DNA of 64,000 nucleotides from Mobula hypostoma. Lineage: Eukaryota. Below are positions 1 through 12,273 of the stretch, piece after piece. Numbering within the stretch: position 1 is the stretch's first letter; each line of letters begins with the position of its first letter. Both the position numbers and the translations under genes were made by a program. The stretch covers positions 248,064,001 to 248,128,000 of the forward strand of contig NC_086097.1 of assembly GCF_963921235.1 (NCBI RefSeq), given 5' to 3'. Under the pieces are notes generated by a model. The model was not told the DNA's origin, did not search any database, and was given only the letters and a program-made list of their open reading frames with translations.

Positions 1-668
1 CAGGGCAGCAATGGTGTGATAGCACAGATGACTGAGAGGCTGCGGATCTGGTGCAAGGAACAGGGTTTCAGATTTCCAGATCATTGGGATCTTGATGGGG
101 GAGGTATGACCTGTACAAAAAGGACAGGTTACACCTGAACCCAAGAGGGACAATATCCTTATGGGCAGGTTTGCTAGAGCTGTTGGGGAGGGTTTAAACT
201 AATTTGGCAAGGGGATGGGAACAAGTGTGATAGGGGCTGAAGCTGGGGCAGTTGGTATACAAGTAAATGCAGTGTGCAGTGAGAATGTGAGGAAGGACTG
301 GCAAATGAAAGGGCAAAATTACTGTCAGTGCATTGAGTTGTAGTGTAACATGGGGGCAAAAGGGTGATGGATACAGGACTGAAGGTGTTATATTTGAATG
401 ACACAGTATACCAAATAAGGCAGATGATCTTGTAGTGCGGTTGGAGATTGACAGGTAGAACGTTGTGGACATCACTGAGCCGTGGCTGGAAGAAGATCAT
501 CATTGGAAGCTCAACATCTAAGGTTACACATTCTATTGAGAGGACAGGCAAACAGGCAGAGGGGATGAGGTGGTACAGTTGGTAAAAAATGAAATCTAAT
601 CCTTAGAAGGAGGTGACATAGGATCGACAGGATCCTTGTGGGTAGAATTAAGAAACTGCAAGGGTATC
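1..668 (+). mobile_element. CR1-like LINE fragment (end of ORF1 esterase and start of ORF2 endonuclease), degraded
   Basis: Translates in pieces to WCKEQGFRF..HWD..LYKKDRLHLNPRG and VVDITEPWL. The same sequence recurs at ~60890-61400. Confidence 0.75.
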
Positions 669-1429
669 CTATCCATGTACTGATCTAAATTTCTCTTAAA
701 TATTGAAATCAACCCACATTCACCACTTGCTTTGGCAGCTCGTTCCACACTCTCATCACCTCCTGAGTGAAGACGTTCCCCCTTATGTTCCCCTTAAACA
801 TTTCACCTTTCACCCTTAACCCATGAATTCTAGTTCTAGTCTCACCCAAACTCAGTGGCGCCTGCTTACTGTTACCCTATCTATACCCCTCACCATTTTG
901 TATACCTATGCAACTTTTCCCTGTAGCTCAGGTCCTCAAGTCCTGGCAACACCTGTGACAAATCAAGGAAGAACAATATTTTACCTCTGGTCACCACAAT
1001 CAGCTACAATTAAGGAGACCCAGCAGTTAAAAATTTAAAGAGGATTTGAAAGTTAGTGGTACATACATAGTTAACGGGGAGGTTCCAGACAAAGACCAAT
1101 CCAAACAAGACCTCAGTGGTAGAGCTGGCAGAAGATGACGACACATCACAACGGCAGTGGGGGTGGCGGGGGAGGCTGCAGCAGTGGAAGTCCCCAGTCA
1201 TCCTGCACGCCATGTCACTGGATCTTACCCTGTCTCTCAAGGACCGTGTGATGGTGGCCCATGGATTAGCTGCTCCACATGACAAAGTCACGCATACGTG
1301 TTCTCCATCGAGGGCATCCACCCTAATATCCCAGTTATATAGACCCTGGATTGGCCACCATAGCCACCTGAGGAGCCAGCAATAAACAACCCCTTGGGAG
1401 AAGGCAGAAACTCCTCTCGGGCTTCCAGC

Positions 1430-2063
1430 TAGGTCCAGATGTCGATTTTAACCGATGTTTCGATGACTTGGCATGTCTGGTCCAGTGATATTTATACCCG
1501 TGTCATCCATCACTCCTCATTGGTTAGTCCTTAACCAATCAGGTTCCCTCTGTCCCACCTTGATTAAAATCATAAATCCAGTTCTGACTTGGAGCAGGAC
1601 ATACATCTTTGTTGAAATTCTTATTCTCCAGTCTTATTTCAATGGCTTCCTCACCAGGCGGTCCCGAAAGCCATCAGCGGGGTCTTGTGCTGCTGAAGTT
1701 TATTCTGTGGTCGTTGCAAATGCAATGCTCTGCTACCGCTGATTTCTCTGGGTAACCCAAACATATTCACCTCCTGTGCTCCTTGGTGTGGGTTTCCACC
1801 GTGCATCCCAGGTCATCTTTCACCTGCGTAAGCTGTGAATCGAGCTTCCTTACAGATTCGTGGATGGTACTTATCCGGTATTTCTTCAGGACCCTGGCGA
1901 TCCTTCTAGAAACTGTGGAAATATAGCGAAGACAGGCGGTAGCGATGGGTTGCTCCTCGTCGTTAGGTTTCCTGGTTTTTCCGTCAGCCCTCTTAAGGAC
2001 CCGATTGATTTCCCTTGCCATGTAGCCATTCTGTAGGAACGTTGTGCACAATCGTCTCATCAG
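1430..2063 (-). mobile_element. Penelope-like element, family B (Poseidon-like) 3' fragment
   Basis: ORF 1767..2060 (FLQNGY..EI..R...LRYISTVSRRIARVLKKY...KEHRR), followed by an EAIEI..NFNKD GIY-YIG C-terminus. Confidence 0.75.
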
Positions 2064-3862
2064 GATAGCTGGCGCTTACACGATTCCCCGGAAGCAGAGC
2101 AGAGTATATCGGCACGGAGGAAACCGTATCAAGCACAGGAGGTATACCCCAAACATGAAAAAATCTGCAGATGCTGGAAATCTGAGCAACACATACAAAA
2201 TGCTGGAGGAACTGAGTAGGCCAGGCAGCATCTGTGGAAAAGAGTAAACAGCTGACTTTTCAGGCCAAGACCTTTCATCAGGACTGGATAGGAAGGAGAG
2301 AAGTCAGATTAAGAAGGTGGTGGAGGGAAGGAGGAAGTACCAGGTGGTTGGTGACAGGTGAAACTGGGAGAGAGGGAAGGGATGAAGTAAGGAGCTTGGA
2401 AGCTGATAGGTGAAAGAGGTACAGGGCTACAGAAAGGGGAATGTGATAGGAGAGGGTGGAAAACCATGGAACACAGGGAAGGGGGAGGAGCACCAGAGGG
2501 AGGTGATGGGCAGATAAAGAGATAAGGTGAGAGAGGGGAACAGGAATGGGGAATGGTGAAAGAAGGGGATGAGGAATCACAGGAAGTTAGAGAAGTCAAT
2601 GTTCATGCCATCAGGTTGGAGGCTACCCAGAAGGAATACAAGGTGCTGCTCCTCCAACCTGAGTGTGGCCTCATCACAACAGCAGAGGAAGCCATACACT
2701 GACATGTCGGAGTGAGAATGCAAAGTAGAATTGAAGTGGGTGGCCACTGAGAGATCCCGCTTTTTCTCATTGCGGTAGTAGAGGAGGACCATTCAGGACC
2801 TCACAGTCCTTCCAGGTGAGGCGACACTTCACCTGTGAGTCTGTTGGGCTCATCTAATATATCTAGTGCTCCCGGTGCGGCCTCCTATACATTGGTGAGA
2901 CCTGACGTGAATTGGGAGACGGTTTCGCTAAGCGCTGCCAGAAACAGAGGGATCTCCCAGTGACCACCCATTTCAATTCTACTTCCCAGTCCCATTCTGA
3001 CATGTCAGTCCATGACCTCTTCTACTGTCATGATGAGGCCACTGTCGGGTTGGAGGAATAACATCTTATCTTTCGTCCGGGTAGCCTCCAACCTGATGGC
3101 ATCAGCATTAATTCTCGAACTTCCGGTAATTGCGCCCCCCCCCCCACCTTGAGCATATCCCATTCCCATTTCCCCCTCTGATCTTATCTCCTTACCTTAC
3201 CCATCACCTCCCTCTGGTGCTCCTCCCCCTTCCCTTCCTTCCATGGCCTTCTAGCCTCTGCAATCAGATCCTCCTTCTCCAGCCCTTCATCTCTTTGACC
3301 AATCAACTTCCCAGCTCTTTACTTCATCTCTCCCCCCCCGCCTCACCTTCCTACTCTGACCCTGTTTTTTTCCAGTCCTGCTGAGGGGTCTCGGTCTGAA
3401 ATGTCAACTGTTTAATCCTTTCCATAGATGCTGTCTGGCCTGCTGAGTTCCTCCGGCATTTTGTGTGTGTTGCTAGGAGGTGCATCGTTGGGTTACCCGG
3501 AGAAATCGGTGGTAGTATAACTTTGCATTTGTAATGACCTCAGGATTGACTTTGACAGCACAGAACTGCTGCGCCGCACCAGTGGCTTTTGGGACCACCT
3601 CGTGAAGGAAACCATTGAAATAAGACTAGAAAATAAGAATTTTAGCAAAGACGATGGCCTCATTCTAAGTAAAAACTGGAATACGATTTTAAACAAGGTG
3701 AGACAGCAGAAACTTGATAGGTTGAGGACTAACCAATCAAGAGGGACGGATGACAGTATCTATACCACTAACTAGACATCCCCGATGAAGATGGCAGAGT
3801 TTGTCCTCAAAACGGTTAAAAGCGACGCCTGGACCTGGCTAAAAGCAAGAGAAGTTTGTGTG
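2064..3862 (+). mobile_element. Penelope-like element, family B, second copy (GIY-YIG to 3' end), interrupted at ~2151..3474
   Basis: AGAYTIP..YIG..HRR remnant at 2068-2143. It resumes at 3475 with sequence that is the reverse complement of 1430-1790. Confidence 0.7.
2151..3474. mobile_element. Head-to-head pair of Neptune-type PLE (family A) 3' fragments: minus 2151..~2790, plus ~2790..3474
   Basis: ORF 2577..2792 encodes the GIY-YIG C-terminus (RLEEQHLVFLLGSLQPDGMNIDFSN). The plus half aligns to 23700-24450. Confidence 0.85.
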
Positions 3863-4013
3863 TCATATACACCGGGAAAGCACCAGATCCTTTTGCCTTT
3901 GGGAGAACTTCATAACTCGACTCGAGTGATCGCAGTACTTATTATTCTGCTGGGATAATTCTATTTGTGCTGGATATCTTGACGGTATTCTGTAGTCTGA
4001 TTGCTTTGTTTTT

Positions 4014-4900
4014 AGACCATAAAATGTAGGAGCAGTGTAAGGCCATTTGGCCCATCGAGTCTGCTCTGCCATTTCATCAAGGCTGGTGCAATTTCCCTCT
4101 CAGCCCCAATCTCCTGCCTTCTCTCCGTATCCCTTCATGCCCCAACCTATCGATAATCTATCAACCTCTGCCTTAAATATACCCAATGACGTGGCCTCCT
4201 CAGCTGCCTGTGGCAACGATTTCCAAACCTGCACCACTCTCCGCTAAAGAAGTTCCTCCTCATCTCCATTCTAAAATATGCCCTCTATTCTGAGGCTTAC
4301 GTCCCTTGGTCTGAGACTCTCGCACCATAGGAAACATCCTTTCCACATCCACTCTATCAAGGCCTTTCACTATTCGATAAGTTTCAATGAGGTCACCCCT
4401 CGTTCTACTGAATACAGGCCCAGAGCCATCAAACACTCTTAATATAACAAGCCCTTCAATCCTGGAATTATTTTTCCTTCTTTGAGCCCTCTCCAGTATC
4501 AGCACATCCTTTTGAGGATAAGCAGTCAAAACTGCTCCCAATTCTCCAAGTGAGGCCTCACCAGTGCTTTATAAAGCCCCACATTTCATTCTTGCTTTTA
4601 TATTCCAGTCCTCTTGATATGAATGCCAATATCGTATTTGCCTTCCTCACCACTGACTCAACCTGCAAATTAACCTTTCGGGAATTCTACACAAGGACTC
4701 CCAAGTCCCTTCGCATTCAGGTTTTTGTATTTTCTCTCCATTTAGAAAATAGTCTACCCTTTTATTCCTCCTACCAAAGTGCATGACCATGCACTTCCCA
4801 ACACTATATTCCATCTGCCACTTCTTTATCCATTCGCCTAATCTGTCTAAGTTCTTCTCCACTTCCTCAAAACTACTTGCCCCTCCACCTATCTTCGTTT
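4014..4900 (-). mobile_element. CR1-like LINE 3' fragment
   Basis: RT C-terminal peptides (WQMEYSVGKCMVMHFG; RGDLIETYRIVKGLDRVDVERMFP) and a CR1-type 3' tail. Confidence 0.9.
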
Positions 4901-5035
4901 GAACTTCATAAACCGTTGGAAACTGGTTTTCTCACGTTCAAGTTTAAATTTAACTGCCATACCTATGAATACAGCCAAATGAATCAGTGTTACTCACAAT
5001 GTGTTGAAATTTAAAGTGGATGTTGAAAATCAGTA

Positions 5036-5570
5036 GTACAGAACCTTGCAAAGGTCTTAGGCATGTATACATATACAGCTAGGCTGCCTAAAACCTTTGC
5101 ACAGTACTGTAGTAATTTTACATATTGCAGTGTACTGCTGCCACAAAAAAAATCAAATTTCATGACAGATGTGAGTGATGATAAACCTGATTCTGATATG
5201 GGTCTATATTGTGGACTGAGAGTGGGAAGCAGGCAGGGAGAGGGGAATCGTGGTTGGGAAAAGGGGAAGGGAGAGGGGAAGGAACAGGAAGCACCTGAGA
5301 CATTCTGTAATGATCAAAAGACCTTGCCTGGTGTCTCGGGGTTGGGTGTGTCTGCACCCACTCCACCCCCCGACCTGGACACTCCTTCTCTGCCACTTGT
5401 CCGTCCCCACCCCCCCCACCAGTGCTCCACCCATGTCATTTCCAACATCCTTTGCTCCCGCCAGATTTACAAACTTGCTGTCCGCTGCAAGTTGACAAAT
5501 ACAGAACTGTGCAAAAGTCTTAGGCACTCTAGCTAAATATATGTACCTAAGAGTTTTGCACAGTACTGTA
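5036..5570 (-). mobile_element. Non-autonomous Tc1/mariner-like element with a ~70-bp palindromic cassette at each end
   Basis: TA-CAGTACTGTGCAAAAGTCTTAGGCA-like inverted repeats at 5036-5110 and 5500-5570. Homologous copies at 46320-46858 and 35427-37395. Confidence 0.65.
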
Positions 5571-5686
5571 GGGTACTAAGTAACATATGTTTGAGTAATA
5601 ATGAAGTATGCTTTGTCTCGATACTTATCAATACATGAAGTGTAATACATTGGTAAAGCCTAATTTTGAGTATTGTGTGCAGATTT

Positions 5687-6336
5687 CACTGCCAAGAAGG
5701 CCCACCAGTGCCTTTACTTCCTGAGAAAACTAAAGAAATTTGGCCTGTCCCCTAAAACCCTCACTAATTTTTATAGATGCACCGTAGAAAGCATTCTTCT
5801 AGGGTGCATCACAACCTGGTATGGAAGTTGTCCTGTCCAAGACCGAAAAAAGTTACAGAAGATCGTGAACATGGCGCAGCACATCACACAAACCAATCTT
5901 CCGTCCGTGGACTCACTTTACACCGCACGTTGTCGGAGCAGTGCTGCCAGGATAATCAAGGACACGACCCACCTAGCCAACACACTTTTCGTCCCTCTTC
6001 CCTCCGGGAGAAGGTTCAGGAGCTTGAAGACTCATACGGCCAGATTTGGGAACAGTTTCTTTCCAACTGTGATAAGACTGCTGAACTGATCCTGACCTGG
6101 ATCTGGGCCGCACCCTCCAAATATCCAGACCTGCCTCTTGGTTTTTTTACACTACCTTATTTTCCATTTTCTATTTATGATTTATAATTTACATTTTTAA
6201 TATTTACTAACTTTAACTACTTTTAATATTTTTAATATTTAATATTTGTAATCCAGGGAGTGTGAAGCGCAGAATCAAATATCGCTGTGATGATTGTACG
6301 TTCTAGTACCAATTGTTTGGCGACAATAAAGTATAA
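5687..6336 (+). mobile_element. Rex1/Babar-like LINE 3' fragment (young), inserted in a CR1 copy
   Basis: ORF 5673..6089 (KKAHQCLYFLRKLKKF...FYRCTVESIL...SFFPTVIRLLN), TAAAGTA-type tail, TSD AGATTT at 5681-5686 and 6337-6342. Confidence 0.88.
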
Positions 6337-6856
6337 AGATTTGGTCACTTACTGTACCTAGAGGAAAGATGTAAATAATGTTGAAGCGAAAATTTAAAAG
6401 GATGTTGCTGGGACTGGAGGACGTGAGTTATTTGGAAAGATTGAATAGGTTAGAATTTTATTCCTTGGACTGTTGAAGGATGACGAGCAATTTGATAGAA
6501 GTGTACGAAATTATGAGGGGTAAACATAGGGTAAATGAAAGCCAGCTTTTTCCACTGTGGTTGGGTGGGACTACAACTAGAGGTCATGTGTGGAGGGCGA
6601 AAGCTGAGCAGTTTAAGTGGAACATGAGGGGAATCTTCTTCACTCAGAGGGTGGTGAGACTGTGGAACGGGCTGCCAGTGCAAGTGGTGCATGCGAGCTC
6701 GATTTCAACGTTTAAGAGAAGGTTGGATAGGTACATGGATGTAGGGGTATGGAGGGCTATGGTCCCAGTGCAGGTAGATGGGAGTAGGCAGTTTAAATGG
6801 TTCAGCATGGATAGATAGACCGAACAGCCTGTTTCTGTGCTGTACTTTTTTATGAC
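6337..6856 (+). mobile_element. CR1-like LINE 3' fragment
   Basis: LIEVYEIMRG...FFTQRVVRLWNGLP peptide and CR1 3' end; ends ~35 nt before the first exon acceptor. Confidence 0.88.
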
Positions 6857-6889
6857 TAATTAAGTATCTGTTTACTTCTCATTCTGTAG

Positions 6890-6951
6890 GATATTGGAAG
6901 AGCATATATAAACTACCTGGTGGACAAAGGAGACTACCATGGAGCTGCAAG
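6890..6951 (+). CDS. VPS41: VPS41 coding exon (1st in window), DIGRAYINYLVDKGDYHGAA(R)
   Basis: ctgtag|GAT...AG|gtattg; 62 nt. Matches the recalled vertebrate VPS41 peptide DIGLAYINHLVERGDYDIAAR. Confidence 0.95.
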
Positions 6952-7037
6952 GTATTGCTTATTAAAAGATCATTATCCTTCATCTCAAAAAGAGCTTCAT
7001 GCGAATTTATTTTAAATTTTGTTTCATTATCTTCTAG

Positions 7038-7119
7038 AAAATGTCAGAAGATTCTTGGCAAAAACATGGAACTTTGGGAAAACGAAGTATACCGTTTTAG
7101 AAAAATTGGCCAGCTTAAA
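7038..7119 (+). CDS. VPS41: VPS41 coding exon, KCQKILGKNMELWENEVYRFRKIGQLK
   Basis: ttctag|A...AAA|gtaagt; 82 nt; phase continues from the previous exon across an 86-nt intron. Confidence 0.96.
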
Positions 7120-7549
7120 GTAAGTTTGCCATGACTTGGCAGAGCGATTTCAAATAGTGCAGTTATCCCTCATATTAGCACTCCAACCAGTAACATACGA
7201 TTGGCATGAAGGGAATGGCATTGAGCAGAGATCAGATGATAAGAGGCATTGATAGAGTGGACAGCCAATTCCTTTTTCCCAGGGCAGAAATGCCTAATAT
7301 GATATGGCATAATTCTAAGGTTATTGGAAGAAAATATAGAGGGAATATCAGAGGTAAATTCTTTAGGCAGAGTATGGGGCGGGAGGAGGGTGCATGGAAC
7401 ATCTTGGAGTAGGTTAAAAGGCCAGCACGATGTTGTGGGCTGAAGGGTCTGTGCTGTACTGTTCTAGGTTCAGTGGAACGACTGATAATATTGCATGTTC
7501 CATTTCACAGTCCATGTTCTAAGCCTTCCCCGGAAATACTCCACAGCTC

Positions 7550-8842
7550 TTCCTGCATTGGTGCTGCTCATGTACGTATGCTGAGTTCATGAACTTCACC
7601 AACTTTGCCTCTAACTGCCACCCTTCCCTTAAACTCTCTTGGTCCATTTCTGACGCCTCCCCTCCCCCCCCACCACCCCCTCCCCACCTTTCTTCATTTC
7701 TCTGTCTCTGTCTCTGGAGATAAGCTGTCCACTGACATCTTTTATAAACCTACCGATCCCACGGTTATCTTGACTGTACCTATTCCCACCCTGTCTCCTG
7801 TAAAAAAAAACGCTACTTGCTTTCCTTAGTTCTTTTGTCTCCGACGCATCTGTTGCCAGATTGAGGCTTTGCTTTCCAGGACGTCAGAGATGTGCTCCTT
7901 CTTCAAAGGAGAGTTTCCCTTCCTCCACCATTGATTCTGCCCTCACCCGTATCTCCTCCATTTCCTGAATCCTGCCACCAAATACACCTGTACCTCTTCT
8001 CACCACCCCCCTCACTTTCCACAGGGATCGCTTCCTCCACATATCCCTTGACCATTCGTACCCCCCCCAATCTCCCTCCTGCAACCCCGCAAGCGGATAA
8101 AGTGCCACACCTGCACATTCATCTCCTCCCTCACCTCCATTCAGGCTCCAAACAGTCCTTCCAGGTGAGGCTACACTTCATCTGCGAATTTGCTGGAGTT
8201 ATCCTGCTGCGCTGTCTTCATTGGTGAGACCCAGCATAGATTGGAGGGTCCGCGTTGTCGAGAACTGCGTTCCATCCACAGAAAGCAGGATTTCTCAGTG
8301 GCCAGCCATTTTAATTCCAATCCCGATTACCATTCCGACATGTCAGTCGATGGCCTCCTCTTCTGCCATGATGAGGCCACTCTCAGGGTGGAGGAGTGAC
8401 ACCTCATATTCCATCTGAGTAGCTTTGAACCTGAGGATATCTATCGATTTCTCAAACTTCTGGTAAATTTTCCCCCCTCCCTCTATTCAATTCCCCCTCT
8501 TGCCTCCTCTCCTCAGCTGCCTATCACCTCCCCAGTGACCCACCTCCTTCCCTCTCTCTACGGTCCACTCTCCTCTCCTATCAGATTCTTTCCTCTCCAG
8601 CCCTTTACCTTTTCCACCCATTACCTCCCAGCTTCCTGCTTCATCCCCAGCCCCCACTCGCCTGGCTTCTCCTGTCACCTCCCAGCATGTACTCCTTCCC
8701 CACCCCCCACCTTCTTATTCTGGCTTCTTCCCTCTTCCTTTCCAGTCCTGAAGAAGGGTCTCGGCCTGAAACGCTGACTGTTTATTCACCTCCATAGATG
8801 CTGCCTGACCTGCTGAGTTCCTTCAGCATTTTGTGTGTGTTT
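7550..8842 (+). mobile_element. Neptune-type PLE (family A), degraded 3' half
   Basis: Colinear with 23000-24450, with frameshifts and deletions. Confidence 0.85.
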
Positions 8843-11800
8843 CATTGCAAAAGTTGCTGTCTGCTTTAGACCAAATAGCAGGAAGATTTTGTGTAAACTT
8901 ATCTTCATTCTTCTGTTCTTCCCACATTCTCTGTAGCATGAACCGGCAAAAATGTAAAGAATCAAGTTACACTGGGAGAGAGTGAGGCACAGGGTGAAAA
9001 AGAAATGGGAGAGGAGTTATGTGGGGCCTGACACTAACTTTAAAGCATCTTGTGATATGGAAAATCATCTACAGAGACATGGAGTTGCAAGGGAGGGACT
9101 AGAAAACATCATTTCTCGATGTGATGGCATGGATGGTGTAGGAATTAGCATATACTATTACAGCACCAGTAACCAGGTTCAATTCCCAATCTGTCTGTGA
9201 GGAATTTGTACATTGGTTGGCGTGGATTCGTTGGGCCGGAAGACACTCTTACTGTGCCGTATCTCTAAATAGATTAATCAATTCTCAGTGGCAAAGCAGG
9301 AAATGGTTGCTCTGCTTGCTGGCTTTGAATCGGTGTTGGTAAGGCTCCATCTGGAGTACAATGTGCAGTTCTGGTCTCCTTAATGAAGGAAAGGTATATT
9401 GGCCTTGAAGGCGGTACAGAGAGGGTTCAAAATGTTGATTCCAGAGATGAGGGCATTCAATTCCCGCTGATGTCTGTAGGGAGTTTGTACGTTTTCCCCA
9501 TCACCGCTTGGGTTTCCTCTGGCTGCTCCGATTTCTTTCCACAGTCCAAAGACGTTCAGATCAGTAAATTAATTGGTAACATGTGTGTAATTGGACGGCA
9601 TAGGCTCGTTGGGCCAGGTGGCTTTGAGGAGAGAATGAGTCACTGGAATTCAGGAGAGTGAGAACGGATCTTATAAGAACATAAAATTATGAAAGGGATA
9701 GATAAGGTAGAGGCAGGAAAGTTGGTTCCACTGGTAAGTGAGACTAGATCTATGGGACATAGATTCAGGAGAATAGATTTAGGTCTCTGCCTTTCCCAGA
9801 CAGCAGTGGTTCTGTGGAATTCTCTGGCCAGGACCCTGAGATTCATTTTCTTGTGAGCATTCACAGTAAGTGCAAGAAACACAATGGAATCAATGAAAGA
9901 CCACACCCAACAGGACGGACAAACAACAAATGTGCAAATACAAAAGAGAAAAGAAATAAATAAGCAATAAATATCAAGAACATAAGATTCTTTGAAAGTG
10001 AGTCCATAGGTTGTGGGAACAGTTCAGTTTACGGGTGAGTGAAGTTAATCCTTCTGGTTCAAGAGCCTGATGGTTGAGGGGTAATAACTGTTCCTGAACC
10101 TGGTGGTGTGAGTCCTGAGGCTCCTGTACCTTCTTCCTGAAGGCAGCAGCAAGAAGAGAGCATGTTGAACTGCTGAATTGATAGGTTCTATTTGGGTTTC
10201 TATGAATTAGAACGTAGAGCAATACAGTACAGGCTGTTCGGCCCACGATGTTGTGCTGACCTTTTAACCTGCTCCAAGGTCCATCTAACCTTTCCCGCCC
10301 ACATAGCCCTCCATTTTTCCTTCATCCATATGCCTGTCTTAAGAGTCTCTTAAATGTCCTGAGAGGAATGCTTTGACTTCCCTGATGTTTCAGTAATAAT
10401 CCTTGCCTTGTGTCAAAGTATCAATAAATGCACATTGCAAAGTCCCTCAAGTTTTTCACTGTTAAGATGATTAACTGCAAACCTTACTGCTAATCTCATG
10501 GCACTGCACTCTGTTTGGCGGCATGACATTTCACCAGTACTCACTGGATATTCTGAGAGGTGCACACCATGAAAGTCGTTGGCGTTCAAAAAAACGTCAT
10601 ATAGTTTCAGAGCAACACACACAAAATGCTGGAGGAACTCCGCTGGTAAGGCAGCACCTATGGAAATGAATGGTTGATGTTTTGTTGATGTTGATGAAAG
10701 TTGACATTTTCGGCCGAGACCCTTGTTCAGGATTGAGAAGGAAGGGGGAAAATGCCAGAATAAAAAGGTAGGTGGAGGGGAAGGAAGCTAGCTGGAAGGT
10801 GATAGGTGAAGCCAGGTGGGAAGGGAAGGTCCTCCAGCATTCTGTGTGTGTTGCTTTGGATTTCCAGCATCTGCAGTCTTTCACGATACAGCTTTGAAAG
10901 CATTGCCTCCTTCCTTTGATTGTAAGTCATGGCTACATTTTGCTTCAACAAAGTTCAAGGAAAATGTATTATCAAATATGTATGTGATACAATATGCCAC
11001 CACGAGATTCATTTTCTTACAGGCATTTACAGTGAAAAAGAAATACAATAGAATTTACGAAAAACTATAAACAAACAGGCAAAGACTGACAAATAGTGCA
11101 AATAAAAAAAATGAAAAACATGAGTTACAAAGATTCCTTGAAAGTCATTCTGTAGTGGTAGAATCAGTTCAGAGTAGTAGTGAATGAAGTTGTCCACGTG
11201 AAATCTAAGCCTGATAATTGAAGGATAGTAACTGTTCCTGAACCTGGTCGTATGGGACCTAAGGTTTCTGTGCCCCCTGCCCAATGGTAGTAGCAAGAGG
11301 AGGCCAAGGCCTTGATTGTGGGGGTCTCTGATGACGGAGGCTTCTCTCTATTGGCAGCACTCCTGTCAATGATGGTGAGAGCAATGTGGCCAATTGCAAG
11401 AGCCAGTGCTCTTTCTCAGATGAATCCCCTAAAAATGGACACAGTAACCGAGGTGGTATTTTTATCCCAGTCCGGAAACTGAGAATGAGATTCACAACCT
11501 AAATACACAAGACTATGATGGAGGCATAAAGGAGTGTGGATCGATTACATCTTATAGCAGACAGGGGAGTATTATTTCCTTAGCAGGGAAAGCTAATGTT
11601 CCAATCTCATTTCCCAGTGGAGTATTTCCTACCATGTCACATCATTATACTGGGGCACTGGAACATTTCTTGAACATAGTAGTATAGTGTTTTCTCCTCT
11701 GACTGTAGAAAACAACAAAATGCAGCTTTGATGACAGGTCATAAGAACTTTAGCAACAATAAGAGAAAATAGTAGTTATTTGATCACTTTGTAACCCTTG

Positions 11801-11856
11801 TCAGAATTCTCATGCATGACTCTGTGTACTTATACTACGCTGTTTGCTCTTTTTAG

Positions 11857-11949
11857 GCTATTAGTAGGTACCTGCCCAGAGGTGACTTGCGCCTGAGGCC
11901 TGCTATATATGAAATGATCTTGTACGAGTTCTTGGAGAGTGATTATGAG
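11857..11949 (+). CDS. VPS41: VPS41 coding exon, AISRYLPRGDLRLRPAIYEMILYEFLESDYE
   Basis: ttttag|GCT...GAG|gtaatc; 93 nt, phase 0/0. Confidence 0.96.
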
Positions 11950-12145
11950 GTAATCTGTTTATTTAATTTGCATAGTCATTCTGGTTCAGACCCAGAAGTA
12001 GATGAGCTATTAATTGTTATTAATGATCAAAATAGAGTTATTTTTACACTCCCTGATTGGCAAGTTTGAATCGGATTTTCAGCATCAGCTTGTGTCACCA
12101 GTTGCAAATTTGGATCCTTAAACTGTGCATTCTTCTCTTTTGAAG

Positions 12146-12273
12146 GGGTTTGCATCCTTGATAAGAGAATGGCCAGGGGACATATATAATAATGTGGCTG
12201 TAGTCCGGTCCGTCTTGGATCATTTGGATGTGGCTCCAAATAATAGAACACTTTTGACAACTCTAGCAGAATT
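12146..12273 (+). CDS. VPS41: VPS41 coding exon, GFASLIREWPGDIYNN...TLAE(L)
   Basis: ttgaag|GGG...TT|gtgagt; 128 nt; AAG acceptor after a pyrimidine tract. Confidence 0.95.

Noticed and set aside
1000..1400. GC-richer segment that might be an exon or regulatory island
   Set aside because: No VPS41 peptide match. It resembles a retroelement UTR fragment, but I cannot assign it.
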